DNA from: a virus
Taxonomy: Duplodnaviria; Caudoviricetes
Reading direction: 5' to 3' (one strand)
IMG/VR virus record: IMGVR_UViG_3300032301_000404
Location: 1 to 27,151 of that record
Length of the DNA stretch: 27,151 nucleotides
Shown: positions 1 through 7,154 of the stretch, one piece after another
Numbering within the stretch: position 1 is the first letter of the stretch
How the letters are laid out: the number at the start of each line of letters is the position of its first letter
Notes under the pieces: generated by a model
What the model was told of the DNA's origin: nothing
Databases searched by the model: none
The model's input: the letters and a program-made list of their open reading frames with translations, nothing else
Position numbers and translations under genes: made by a program

Positions 1-214
1 CACCAGCGCCGTCCGTCGTCTCACGCCAAAGGAATGCGAGCGCCTTCAGGGCTTCCCTGACGGATACACGGCGATCCCTTGGAAGAAGAAGGCCGCCGAG
101 GAGTGCCCGGATGGCCCCAGGTACAAGGCTCTCGGCAACTCCATGGCTGTGCCGGTCATGCGGTGGATTGGCCACCGGGTTGCTTGTGAGCTTGCCAAGC
201 GGGTTGTCAGTTGA
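1..214 (+). CDS. DNA (cytosine-5) methyltransferase, C-terminal fragment (5' truncated by window edge)
   Basis: Not in the ORF track. Frame 2 reads TSAVRRLTPKECERLQGFPDGYT...PRYKALGNSMAVPVMRWIG...stop at 212-214, matching C5-MTase motifs IX (RxLTxxExxRLQGFP) and X (YKxxGNS). Confidence 0.93.
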   Translation, partial: TSAVRRLTPKECERLQGFPDGYTAIPWKKKAAEECPDGPRYKALGNSMAVPVMRWIGHRVACELAKRVVS

Positions 215-233
215 GCAACCAACGATCTACAAT
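204..233 (+). promoter_or_regulatory. Putative sigma70-type promoter TTGTCA-N18-TACAAT
   Basis: TTGTCA at 204-209 and TACAAT at 228-233, each 5/6 to consensus, upstream of a purine-rich RBS (AAGGAG) and ATG 261. Confidence 0.6.
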
Positions 234-260
234 CAGCGGATAAGAGAAGGAGAGAAGCCA

Positions 261-389
261 ATGCCCAGCGGGCGCAATTTCTTTCGGACTGACTTCGGCC
301 AGCTGCTGCTGGCGTTCGGCGGCATCGTCATCGCCTCGTTCAGCGGGACGCTGATGGCGGGCGTTCTAATCCTGGCGGTGGTGCGCTGA
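261..389 (+). CDS. Small hydrophobic membrane protein (42 aa)
   Basis: Start moved from 111 to ATG 261, which follows an AAGGAG RBS. The sequence MPSGRNFFRTDFGQLLLAFGGIVIASFSGTLMAGVLILAVVR is hydrophobic, and its stop is coupled to the next gene (TGATG). Confidence 0.65.
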   Translation: MPSGRNFFRTDFGQLLLAFGGIVIASFSGTLMAGVLILAVVR

Positions 390-634
390 TGGCTGACCTG
401 TATCTGGACAGCATTGAGGTCTGTCGTCGGTTGTCGGCTGCCTGCAAAGCGGCCGGGAGCCAAAAGGTGTGGGCGGAGAAGCACGGGGTCTCCCCATCCT
501 ACGTCAGCGATGTGGTGAACGCGCTGCGCCCGCCGGGCCAGTCGATCTTGGATGCGCTCGGGCTGGTGCGGGTTGTGCGCTACCGGGCGAAGCCGGTGAC
601 GGCGACGAAAGGGAAGAAGGAGGAAGAAGCATGA
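389..634 (+). CDS. Cro/XRE-like helix-turn-helix protein
   Basis: SQKVWAEKHGVSPSYVSDVVNALRPP fits the XRE HTH pattern; translationally coupled on both sides. Confidence 0.8.
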   Translation: MADLYLDSIEVCRRLSAACKAAGSQKVWAEKHGVSPSYVSDVVNALRPPGQSILDALGLVRVVRYRAKPVTATKGKKEEEA

Positions 635-852
635 CTGACATCGTGGAGCGGCTAAAGTTCGGAACGCGAGTTCGGGCGAAGACCCGCACGATATGCGGAT
701 GGGAGGGGACGGGTACACACTTATACAACGGAACAATTCTGAAAGACGGCACAAATAGTCGCGCTGATTATGCGGATTTTGAGTTGGCTCGCATGCGCGA
801 CCAGACGCCGAACACGGAACATCTTTCGCTGCTGGAGAGGGCCCGAGGATGA
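631..852 (+). CDS. Hypothetical phage protein (MTDIVERL N-terminus)
   Basis: ATGA overlap at 631-634 with an AGGAGG RBS; the ORF-track start at 469 overlaps the HTH gene and is unlikely. Confidence 0.7.
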   Translation: MTDIVERLKFGTRVRAKTRTICGWEGTGTHLYNGTILKDGTNSRADYADFELARMRDQTPNTEHLSLLERARG

Positions 853-1178
853 GCGACATCGTGGAGGATCTGCGCCTGCTGCAGTCAGGCGCACAATGGG
901 CCTGCGGCCAGACGGCGGCAACGCTGGAGCAGGCTGCCGACGAGATTGAGCGGCTGCGGGCCGAGCTAGATGAAGCGCAGGCAGAAGCGAACGCGGGCAG
1001 GCAGGCCGAGCATGACGCGGATGTAGAACGTCGTGCCGTTGAGTCCGAGCGCGACCGGCTGCGGGAGGCGCTACGTGCCGCGCTCCTGGCGCATGACATC
1101 GTGGAGGCTGAACATCCAAGCCCAAACAGGCCGGTATGGGTGGAGCCAGCCCGCGCAGCACTCAGCGAGATTTCGTAA
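849..1178 (+). CDS. Hypothetical coiled-coil phage protein (MSDIVEDL...AADEIERLRAE)
   Basis: ATGA coupling; the AADEIERLR motif is typical of small phage accessory proteins. Confidence 0.75.
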   Translation: MSDIVEDLRLLQSGAQWACGQTAATLEQAADEIERLRAELDEAQAEANAGRQAEHDADVERRAVESERDRLREALRAALLAHDIVEAEHPSPNRPVWVEPARAALSEIS

Positions 1179-1244
1179 CCAATCATTCACGATCATTCCT
1201 GTTGACTGTGTTAAGCGTAGTCCAATCAGCATTGGACGAACGCC

Positions 1245-2228
1245 ATGGGACACCGAGCCCTGACGGACGACGAACTGAGGTCGATCTATGCGGACGTGGT
1301 CGCGCATGGAAAGGCTGCTACAGCTCGCAAGCGGGGGGTGGCAGAGACCACCCTCCGCAACCAGTTCAATCGGGCGTTACAGGTACTCGACCTGCCAGAT
1401 CTGACGATCCAGGCGATCCCCAACCGTGGTGAAGCGGACGACCTACAAGAGGTCCAATGGGGCGTGGAGAATGGCGTCTTCGCAGTATTCGGGGACTGCC
1501 ACTGGAGCAACCCCACCCAGGAACGCAGCGTCGCTCACGAGGCCCTGCTTCGCGCATTGCCAAACATCAAGCCGGACTTTCTTCTCTGCACGGGGGACGC
1601 TCTGGACTTCGGGGAGATCAGCCGGCACGACCCGGTCGGGTGGCAGCCTCATGTCAAGGTGAAGGAAACGCTCGAGGCTGGTCAGATGCACCTGGCCGAG
1701 CTCGCTGCGGCGGTCCCCCAGGCGAAGAAGTTTTGGACGATCGGCAATCACGACGAACGCCACGACAACTACCTGGCCAAGCACGCGGCGGCGTTTGAGG
1801 GTGCAGAGGGCATGCTTCTCACCGACAAGTTTCCTGACTGGCGCATGGCCTGGCGGTTCGACTTTGGCGCGTTCTACGCCCTGCACCGTTGGCACAATGG
1901 TGAACACGCCGCCTACAACAATGTCATGAAAGGCGCGTCCAGCATGGTCACGGGCGACACGCACAAGCTGCGCGTCACGCCTCGCGAGAACCTGCGGGGC
2001 CGCATGTATGGCATTGAGACGGGCATGCTGGCGGATCCGAAGTGGCCGTGTTTCATTTACCTCAAGGGCAAGCCGACTGCCTGGACGCCGGGCTGGGTCG
2101 TGCTGACGGTTCGGAACGGGCGCCTGTTGCAGCCCGAGACGTGCGAGGTTCTGGATGGCGTCGCCTATTTTCGGGGCGAGGCTTTGGCGGGCAAGCCGCG
2201 AGTGCGCGTTCAAGCAAGGAGAGGATGA
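1245..2228 (+). CDS. Calcineurin-like metallophosphoesterase with N-terminal HTH-like segment
   Basis: Motifs GDCH (DxH), GDALD (GDxxD), GNHD, HRWH and GDTH occur in canonical order. The N-terminal GKAATARKRGVAETTLRNQF resembles an HTH. Confidence 0.88.
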   Translation: MGHRALTDDELRSIYADVVAHGKAATARKRGVAETTLRNQFNRALQVLDLPDLTIQAIPNRGEADDLQEVQWGVENGVFAVFGDCHWSNPTQERSVAHEALLRALPNIKPDFLLCTGDALDFGEISRHDPVGWQPHVKVKETLEAGQMHLAELAAAVPQAKKFWTIGNHDERHDNYLAKHAAAFEGAEGMLLTDKFPDWRMAWRFDFGAFYALHRWHNGEHAAYNNVMKGASSMVTGDTHKLRVTPRENLRGRMYGIETGMLADPKWPCFIYLKGKPTAWTPGWVVLTVRNGRLLQPETCEVLDGVAYFRGEALAGKPRVRVQARRG

Positions 2229-2229
2229 C

Positions 2230-2463
2230 ATGACCAAGCGTATCAAAACCCCGATGGCCCAGTCTCCGCTGGTCGCCCTGGCCGAGCAGGCTGGGGACGT
2301 TGAAGCCGCACACGGTGTTCTGCTGGTGCGGACGCATGACGGTCAGAAGGCCATGTATCCCATGGACGAAAGCGACCCCGACGTGCTGGTGGGGCTGTTG
2401 AGCTGGGGCACTGCGATGATCTTCGCGGCCGAAGAGATTGAAGACGAAGATGATGAGGCTTGA
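2230..2463 (+). CDS. Hypothetical acidic protein
   Basis: ATG 2230 follows a GGAGAGG RBS just after the upstream stop; GC-rich third codon positions; acidic tail EEIEDEDDEA. Confidence 0.7.
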   Translation: MTKRIKTPMAQSPLVALAEQAGDVEAAHGVLLVRTHDGQKAMYPMDESDPDVLVGLLSWGTAMIFAAEEIEDEDDEA

Positions 2464-2926
2464 TCTTGCTCAAGAAGTGGAGAGGCTTCGTGAAGAAAAT
2501 GCTCGAGTACTATCGGACCTTGCGCAGGTTCATCGCCAGATCATACCGTGGATTGAAAAAGCGTCTCAGCTGACGGCTGATTTGCACTTGGCCAGAGATG
2601 CTCTGCCTAAGGAAGCGCATGCTGGGTTCTGCGCGGGCTTCGAGTCCGCGCGGGTTCAGCTTGAGGCGGCGGCGGAGAAGGCCCTGACGGACTACCGATC
2701 GGTGATGAAGGCGATGCGCGCGGTGCGGTCGCCGGAGCCGGCGGAGGAGAAGCGAGAGGCGGACGAGCTGCGCGCGGCGCTGCTTGATTGCTCTGACGAC
2801 CTGGCGGCCGAGATCGAGGCCCGCTACGCGGGGACGCAGGACGTCTATCCGAGCGAGAAGCAGCGCTTCGATCGAGACATGGCCTCGGTCACGACGGCGC
2901 GCGAGCTTCTGGGGAGAGGGGACTAG
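2438..2926 (+). CDS. Hypothetical coiled-coil protein (start could be 2450 or 2453)
   Basis: Helical, charged ORF filling the gap. Its TAG overlaps the TAG of the convergent gene in CTAG 2923-2926. Confidence 0.7.
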   Translation: MKTKMMRLDLAQEVERLREENARVLSDLAQVHRQIIPWIEKASQLTADLHLARDALPKEAHAGFCAGFESARVQLEAAAEKALTDYRSVMKAMRAVRSPEPAEEKREADELRAALLDCSDDLAAEIEARYAGTQDVYPSEKQRFDRDMASVTTARELLGRGD

Positions 2927-3312
2927 CTCTCTTGAGCTACAGGCAGCGCACGCTCAACTGCCAGGATCGCGTCGGCGCGCGAAACTGAAAACCATTCGCC
3001 GTGAATGTGATGAGCCTCAAGGGCAACCATCGCGGCGTGCTCTGCCTTCATTGCCTCATCGTGCGTAGCGCATCGCGCGAAGACTAAACGCATTGGAAAT
3101 GGGTTTGCGCCTTGCATGGCAGAAAGCCTCTTCGCAGGTAAACCGCTAGTTACCCCGATCTTGCAGGCGTTTCGACATTGTATGACGTAAACCCAAACTG
3201 ATCCCTTTGCCTTGGCGTGCCCAAGCGACGAAATGCCTCGCTTTGATGGAGGCATTGTTCGATCATAAGCGTAGGTTGGGGGCGCGAACGGCAAAATGCC
3301 ATTTGTTTTCAT
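2923..3312 (-). CDS. T5orf172/MUG113-like GIY-YIG superfamily protein (start ATG 3312 or 3255)
   Basis: VYVIQ...CKIGVT...KRLSAMQGANP...EHAAM...IHGEWF matches the YxI-KIGxT-RL-Q-E-GEWF pattern of this family. Confidence 0.85.
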   Translation of the reverse strand: MKTNGILPFAPPTYAYDRTMPPSKRGISSLGHAKAKGSVWVYVIQCRNACKIGVTSGLPAKRLSAMQGANPFPMRLVFARCATHDEAMKAEHAAMVALEAHHIHGEWFSVSRADAILAVERALPVAQES

Positions 3313-3370
3313 GCTTTCAGTGTGAGGGTTCAAGAGCGCGCCGTATATGCAGAGGGTGCGCACATCCTCG

Positions 3371-3402
3371 AAAAAAAGTTTGGGCGGCCCGGTCAGGCCG
3401 CC
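3371..3402 (-). terminator. Putative intrinsic terminator at the end of the primase gene
   Basis: The minus strand reads GGCGGCC-TGACCG-GGCCGCC-CAAAC-TTTTTTT: a 7-bp GC stem spanning the stop codon, then a T7 tract 5 nt later. Confidence 0.6.
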
Positions 3403-5702
3403 TCGTAGATCTTGGTCGGGGCGCCCCGCTGCCCCACCCGCTGCAGCCGCACCGCGATCTGGCCGGCGTCGACCAGCGTCTGCATGACCTCCTCCCGCTC
3501 CCGTTTCTTCAGCCACTGCGTCGCCCGCGCCAGGTCGGAGCCCGTGATCGAGCCCGCACGCTTCACGATCTGCAGCACCTTCTTGTGCGTGGCCTCGGTC
3601 TCGTTGTCCGACACCTGATCGTCGAAGAAGCTCTCGGCGTAGCTGAGCAGCCAGGCAACGAGATCCCGGCTCATGGCGATGATCTCGCTGGTGATGATGG
3701 GCCGCACCGGGTCGCGGGCGATCGCCTCGATCATCGCGATCTTCGTCGACAGCTCCGTCGAGCGGACCCAGATGTACCGGCCCTGCCGGCCGCGCTCACG
3801 CTCCGTCAGCTTGATCGCCTTCAGCTTCTCGAGCGCATCAGGCTCCCAGGCCACCGAGATCAGGGACACGGCCGATGCCGACAGGTGCTGCTCGCCCGAC
3901 AAGTTGCCGCCAGGCTTCTTCACCTCCCAGAAGGCCTTCAGCGCGTCCACCAGCGCCGCCGGCGGCGTGCGCGTGCGCTCCACAAAGCGGAACTCGGGGT
4001 AGTCCTCGAAGGGCGGCACCAGCAGGATGCGCGACAGCATGCCGTTCTCCGCCATGGCCGGCTTCAGGGCCGGCGCCAGGCTGGAGGGGGTCGTCGAGCC
4101 GAAGACGTTGAAGTTCGGGTTCACGAGGTCGACCCGCTCGTTCGCTTTGTTGTCGACGTACTCCTGCCCGTTGTAGATGCCGGACGAGCTCGAGAAGAGC
4201 TCCAGCAGCATCTTCACGATGCCGCGCTGGTGCGGGCTCGCGGTCTTCATCGCGACCTGCTCCAGCATCATGCCCAGCTCGTCCATGTGCGAGATCCGGC
4301 TGGGGTAGTCCTTCAGCGCGCGCAGCATCGCGGAGCCGGAGGAGAAGCTGTCGCCGCACAGCAGCTTGTCGAGGCCCGAGGCCATGAACAGGCTCTTGAT
4401 GCACTGGCGGCTGTGGTCCTTGCCCATGCCCGGCTTGGCGATCGCCACCGCGTACAGGTTGGTGCGGGTGTCGGTGAACTCCGTCCGGTAGCGGCGCCCG
4501 AACATCGTGCCGAGCGCGACCAGCGTGTTGGCCAGGGCGAAGGTCGGCAGCGGATCCTGGGCCGTGTTCACGATCCACCGGGTGATCTCCCCGACCAGGG
4601 AGCGGCTGTCGAACCACGCGTGCGGGAAGGTCTCGCGCGAGCCCGGCGGCAGATCCTTCGCGTTCTTCGCCGGCGGTGCCGGAGGCGGAGGAGGAGGTGG
4701 CGGCGGTGCGGCTACCTTGGCGCGCAGCTTGGAGGTGTCGATCGGGTTCTCCGCGATCTCCGCCTTCTCGGCGTTCAGCGCCACGTCGAAGGGCGCGACC
4801 CAGCCGTGCTCCATCGCGAGGTGGTAGATCGTGCCTGCCCCGATCCTGCGGGGCGGGCTGCGCCGGTAGCTGGCCCAGCGCTCGCGACAGGCGGCCGCGT
4901 CGTACTTCGACGAGGTCGAGGACCAGCCGTCGAACACGTCGAAGCCCTGGCCGCCGGTGGCGGCGAAGATCGCCATGCCGACGCGGTTCCACTCCTCCCA
5001 GTGCAGGTCAGGGTTCGGGATAGCCTCCAGCGCCAGCGCGACGGCCTCGGGCGTGCCCTCCAGCACGGGATTGGCCATCGGGGCGCCGGCGGCCGGCCCC
5101 TGCTCCAGCGTCCTGGTCATGTCCGGCGGCAGGATCTCGCGGACGCGCCGCAGAACCTCCTCCAGCTGCTCGGGCGTGCAGGTCGGAAGATCCTCGAGGG
5201 GGATGTCCGCCAGGTGTTCGATCGGCCACGCGTAGGGCTTCTGCGTGTCGGGATGCGTGGCGTAGGCCACAAACTGCTGACCCTCGCCGAGCACCTCCAG
5301 GGGGCCAACGCGGCGCTTGCGCATGCGGCCGCCGACGGCGCGGTAGTTCAGCATCATTTTCGGCGCCCGGCCGACGCGCACGGCTGGCGTCTCGCCCAGC
5401 ACGCTGACGATGCAGGAGCGCAGGCGGAAGGACAGCTCCTCGTCGAGCGTGTCGATGTCGAAGCCGATGGTGTCGCCGCACATGATGCCAATGCCGGCGC
5501 CAGGCCACCGCTTCCAGAGGTTCACCTGATAGGCGTTCGCGGGCTGGTCGAGGTAGCGCTCCCACGACTGCATGTTCCGCCAGCCAGCGGAGGAGGACCA
5601 GACGCCGGGCTTCTTCGTGCCCGGCATGATGGGGATGATCGAGTAGCCATTGTCGATCAGACGCTCGCCATGGAGCGCGAAATAGTTGGGGCTGTCGGAC
5701 AT
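3393..5702 (-). CDS. Bifunctional primase/polymerase (Prim-Pol) + PriCT-2 + DUF3987-like domain protein
   Basis: N-terminal GYSIIPI..GTKKP, GIGIMCG..IGFDID and LGEGQQFVAYATHPDT (AEP Prim-Pol). Central WEEWNRVGMAI...FDGWS..SSKYD...W (PriCT-2). C-terminal NLYAVAIAKPGMGKD, DELG, GSTTP and GMLSR (DUF3987-like P-loop region). Confidence 0.9.
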   Translation of the reverse strand: MSDSPNYFALHGERLIDNGYSIIPIMPGTKKPGVWSSSAGWRNMQSWERYLDQPANAYQVNLWKRWPGAGIGIMCGDTIGFDIDTLDEELSFRLRSCIVSVLGETPAVRVGRAPKMMLNYRAVGGRMRKRRVGPLEVLGEGQQFVAYATHPDTQKPYAWPIEHLADIPLEDLPTCTPEQLEEVLRRVREILPPDMTRTLEQGPAAGAPMANPVLEGTPEAVALALEAIPNPDLHWEEWNRVGMAIFAATGGQGFDVFDGWSSTSSKYDAAACRERWASYRRSPPRRIGAGTIYHLAMEHGWVAPFDVALNAEKAEIAENPIDTSKLRAKVAAPPPPPPPPPAPPAKNAKDLPPGSRETFPHAWFDSRSLVGEITRWIVNTAQDPLPTFALANTLVALGTMFGRRYRTEFTDTRTNLYAVAIAKPGMGKDHSRQCIKSLFMASGLDKLLCGDSFSSGSAMLRALKDYPSRISHMDELGMMLEQVAMKTASPHQRGIVKMLLELFSSSSGIYNGQEYVDNKANERVDLVNPNFNVFGSTTPSSLAPALKPAMAENGMLSRILLVPPFEDYPEFRFVERTRTPPAALVDALKAFWEVKKPGGNLSGEQHLSASAVSLISVAWEPDALEKLKAIKLTERERGRQGRYIWVRSTELSTKIAMIEAIARDPVRPIITSEIIAMSRDLVAWLLSYAESFFDDQVSDNETEATHKKVLQIVKRAGSITGSDLARATQWLKKREREEVMQTLVDAGQIAVRLQRVGQRGAPTKIYEAA

Positions 5703-6142
5703 CAGAGGGGTGCCACCGTCACGATCAAACAGGGCTGCTGGGAATAGACCTTGCGGGCGATGATCTCGACGACCTGCGCGTCGTCGCGGAAGACCACCGT
5801 GTTCAGCGCGTCGAGCGCTGCCTTCACGGTGTTGTCGAGGTCGGGGCGCTTCATTGGGTAGGCGCGCTGCGCGAGCGCATCGGCGACGAACCGCTTCGAG
5901 GCGGAGCGCGGGATCCCAAATTGGGCTTCGACCTCGATGCGGACGGGGCCCTCGAAGGGGAGGACGCCGGCGTCGGCCATCGCCGTCTGCGCTTCGTGGC
6001 GGATCATCGCCTCGTACATGCGCGTCTTCGGCGGTGTGAAGGCGACGGCGCGGCCATTGGCCAGCCGGCCGATGCGGGCGCGGCCCTTGGCCTGGGGCTC
6101 GCCGGCGATCTTGATGACGAGCAGCTGCATCGGCAGGGTCAT
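5702..6142 (-). CDS. rusA: RusA family Holliday junction resolvase
   Basis: GEPQAKGRAR and KRPDLDNTVKAALDALNTVVFRDDAQVV, the RusA DxDNxxK..D..DD signature. Start set to ATG 6142 from the ATGA overlap. Confidence 0.93.
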   Translation of the reverse strand: MTLPMQLLVIKIAGEPQAKGRARIGRLANGRAVAFTPPKTRMYEAMIRHEAQTAMADAGVLPFEGPVRIEVEAQFGIPRSASKRFVADALAQRAYPMKRPDLDNTVKAALDALNTVVFRDDAQVVEIIARKVYSQQPCLIVTVAPL

Positions 6143-6528
6143 GTGAAGTCCCACGCTCTTAGGCCGAGGCCGGTGTGCTCATTCAGCGCTTCCAGCGATG
6201 CCGGGGATGGCACGACGCTCGCGCGCAGCCATTGATGCATGGAGGTGTGATGGACGCCGATCGCGCTGGCGGTAGCGGAGGCCGTGACGCCTTGGCTTTG
6301 CATCCACCGTATGAGGGCGGCGGAGCCCTTGGGTAGGTGATCCGTTTCTGCCCAAATGGTCACAGGAACGTGACCGTCTGTATGCTGCTCAATCAGCAGC
6401 GCCAGGCGCGGGTGAGGGGTGCGATTGCCGCGCACCCAGCGCCAGACCGCAGCGCGGGAGACCCCGATTTCCTCGGCGAAGTCCGCGTAGGTTCGCTCAT
6501 TCCGAGCGAGCCAGTCCTTCAGGTTCAT
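6139..6528 (-). CDS. Transcriptional regulator with two tandem Cro/XRE-like HTH domains
   Basis: TYADFAEEIGVSRAAVWRWVRGNRTP and TASATASAIGVHHTSMHQWLRASVVP are two similar HTH units. Confidence 0.85.
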   Translation of the reverse strand: MNLKDWLARNERTYADFAEEIGVSRAAVWRWVRGNRTPHPRLALLIEQHTDGHVPVTIWAETDHLPKGSAALIRWMQSQGVTASATASAIGVHHTSMHQWLRASVVPSPASLEALNEHTGLGLRAWDFT

Positions 6529-6617
6529 TCCGCTTACCCTCGCATATCGGTGCTCAAGGCGTTGAAAATACGTCCACGCCCGTCTACCGGCGACGCGGAC
6601 ATCCTGGTGTGGCGTGG

Positions 6618-6693
6618 AAGATGGGCGCCAGGCCCAGTCGCTGTCAATACGTCAACAGGGGTGTTGACAGGTCGGCAACGCGGTGCCTATGTT
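6618..6693. promoter_or_regulatory. Back-to-back divergent promoters with central palindromic operator candidate
   Basis: + strand TTGACA(6664-6669)-N18-TATGTT(6688-6693). - strand TTGACA(6647-6642)-N18-CATCTT(6623-6618). Palindrome GTCAACA-GGGG-TGTTGAC at 6651-6668. Confidence 0.75.
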
Positions 6694-6723
6694 CGGGACG
6701 TGACGCGCCACGAAGCGCACCAC

Positions 6724-6747
6724 AACCTGAACCTGAACCGGAACCGA
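6724..6747 (+). repeat. Four tandem hexamers AACCTG AACCTG AACCGG AACCGA
   Basis: Read directly from the sequence; ends 4 nt before ATG 6752. Confidence 0.8.
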
Positions 6748-6751
6748 GACC

Positions 6752-7150
6752 ATGATCAAGAACCGCACCCTCGCCGACGTCGCCTCCGACCTGATGGCCG
6801 CCCGGGCGCTCGAGAAGAGCGCCACCGAACAGCGCATTGAGATCGAGGAAGAGCTGATCGCTCTGCTCGGCGCAAAGGCCGAAGGCGCTGACACCCACAA
6901 CATCGGCCCCTACAAGGTCGTGATCACCGGCAAGCTGACCCGCAAGCTGGACCTGAAGCGCTACGACCAGATCGTCGATCGCATCCCCGAGGCTCTCCGC
7001 CCGGTGAAGATCAAGCGCGAGCTGGACGCGACCGGCATCAAGTACCTCGCGAACAACGAGCCCGACATCTACGCGATCATCGCCAACTCCGGCGCTCTGA
7101 CGGTCGAGCCCGCGAAGACGAGCGTCACCATCATCCGGACGGAGGACTAA
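6752..7150 (+). CDS. Hypothetical phage protein, first gene of the recombination module
   Basis: Strong GC3 codon bias; sits immediately upstream of the AAA ATPase, as is common in such modules. Confidence 0.85.
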   Translation: MIKNRTLADVASDLMAARALEKSATEQRIEIEEELIALLGAKAEGADTHNIGPYKVVITGKLTRKLDLKRYDQIVDRIPEALRPVKIKRELDATGIKYLANNEPDIYAIIANSGALTVEPAKTSVTIIRTED

Positions 7151-7154
7151 ATCC

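Noticed and set aside
233-1186. 317-aa - strand ORF
   Set aside because: Lies opposite four coupled + strand genes; low-complexity Ser/Arg sequence.
2923-3516. Intron- or intein-encoded homing endonuclease, or the 197-aa long form
   Set aside because: Flanking genes are intact and uninterrupted. The extension to 3516 overlaps the primase end and crosses its terminator.
3207-5747. 846-aa + strand ORF
   Set aside because: Antisense shadow of the primase gene. It is Arg/His/Gly-rich with no motifs, as expected from GC-rich codon bias on the opposite strand.
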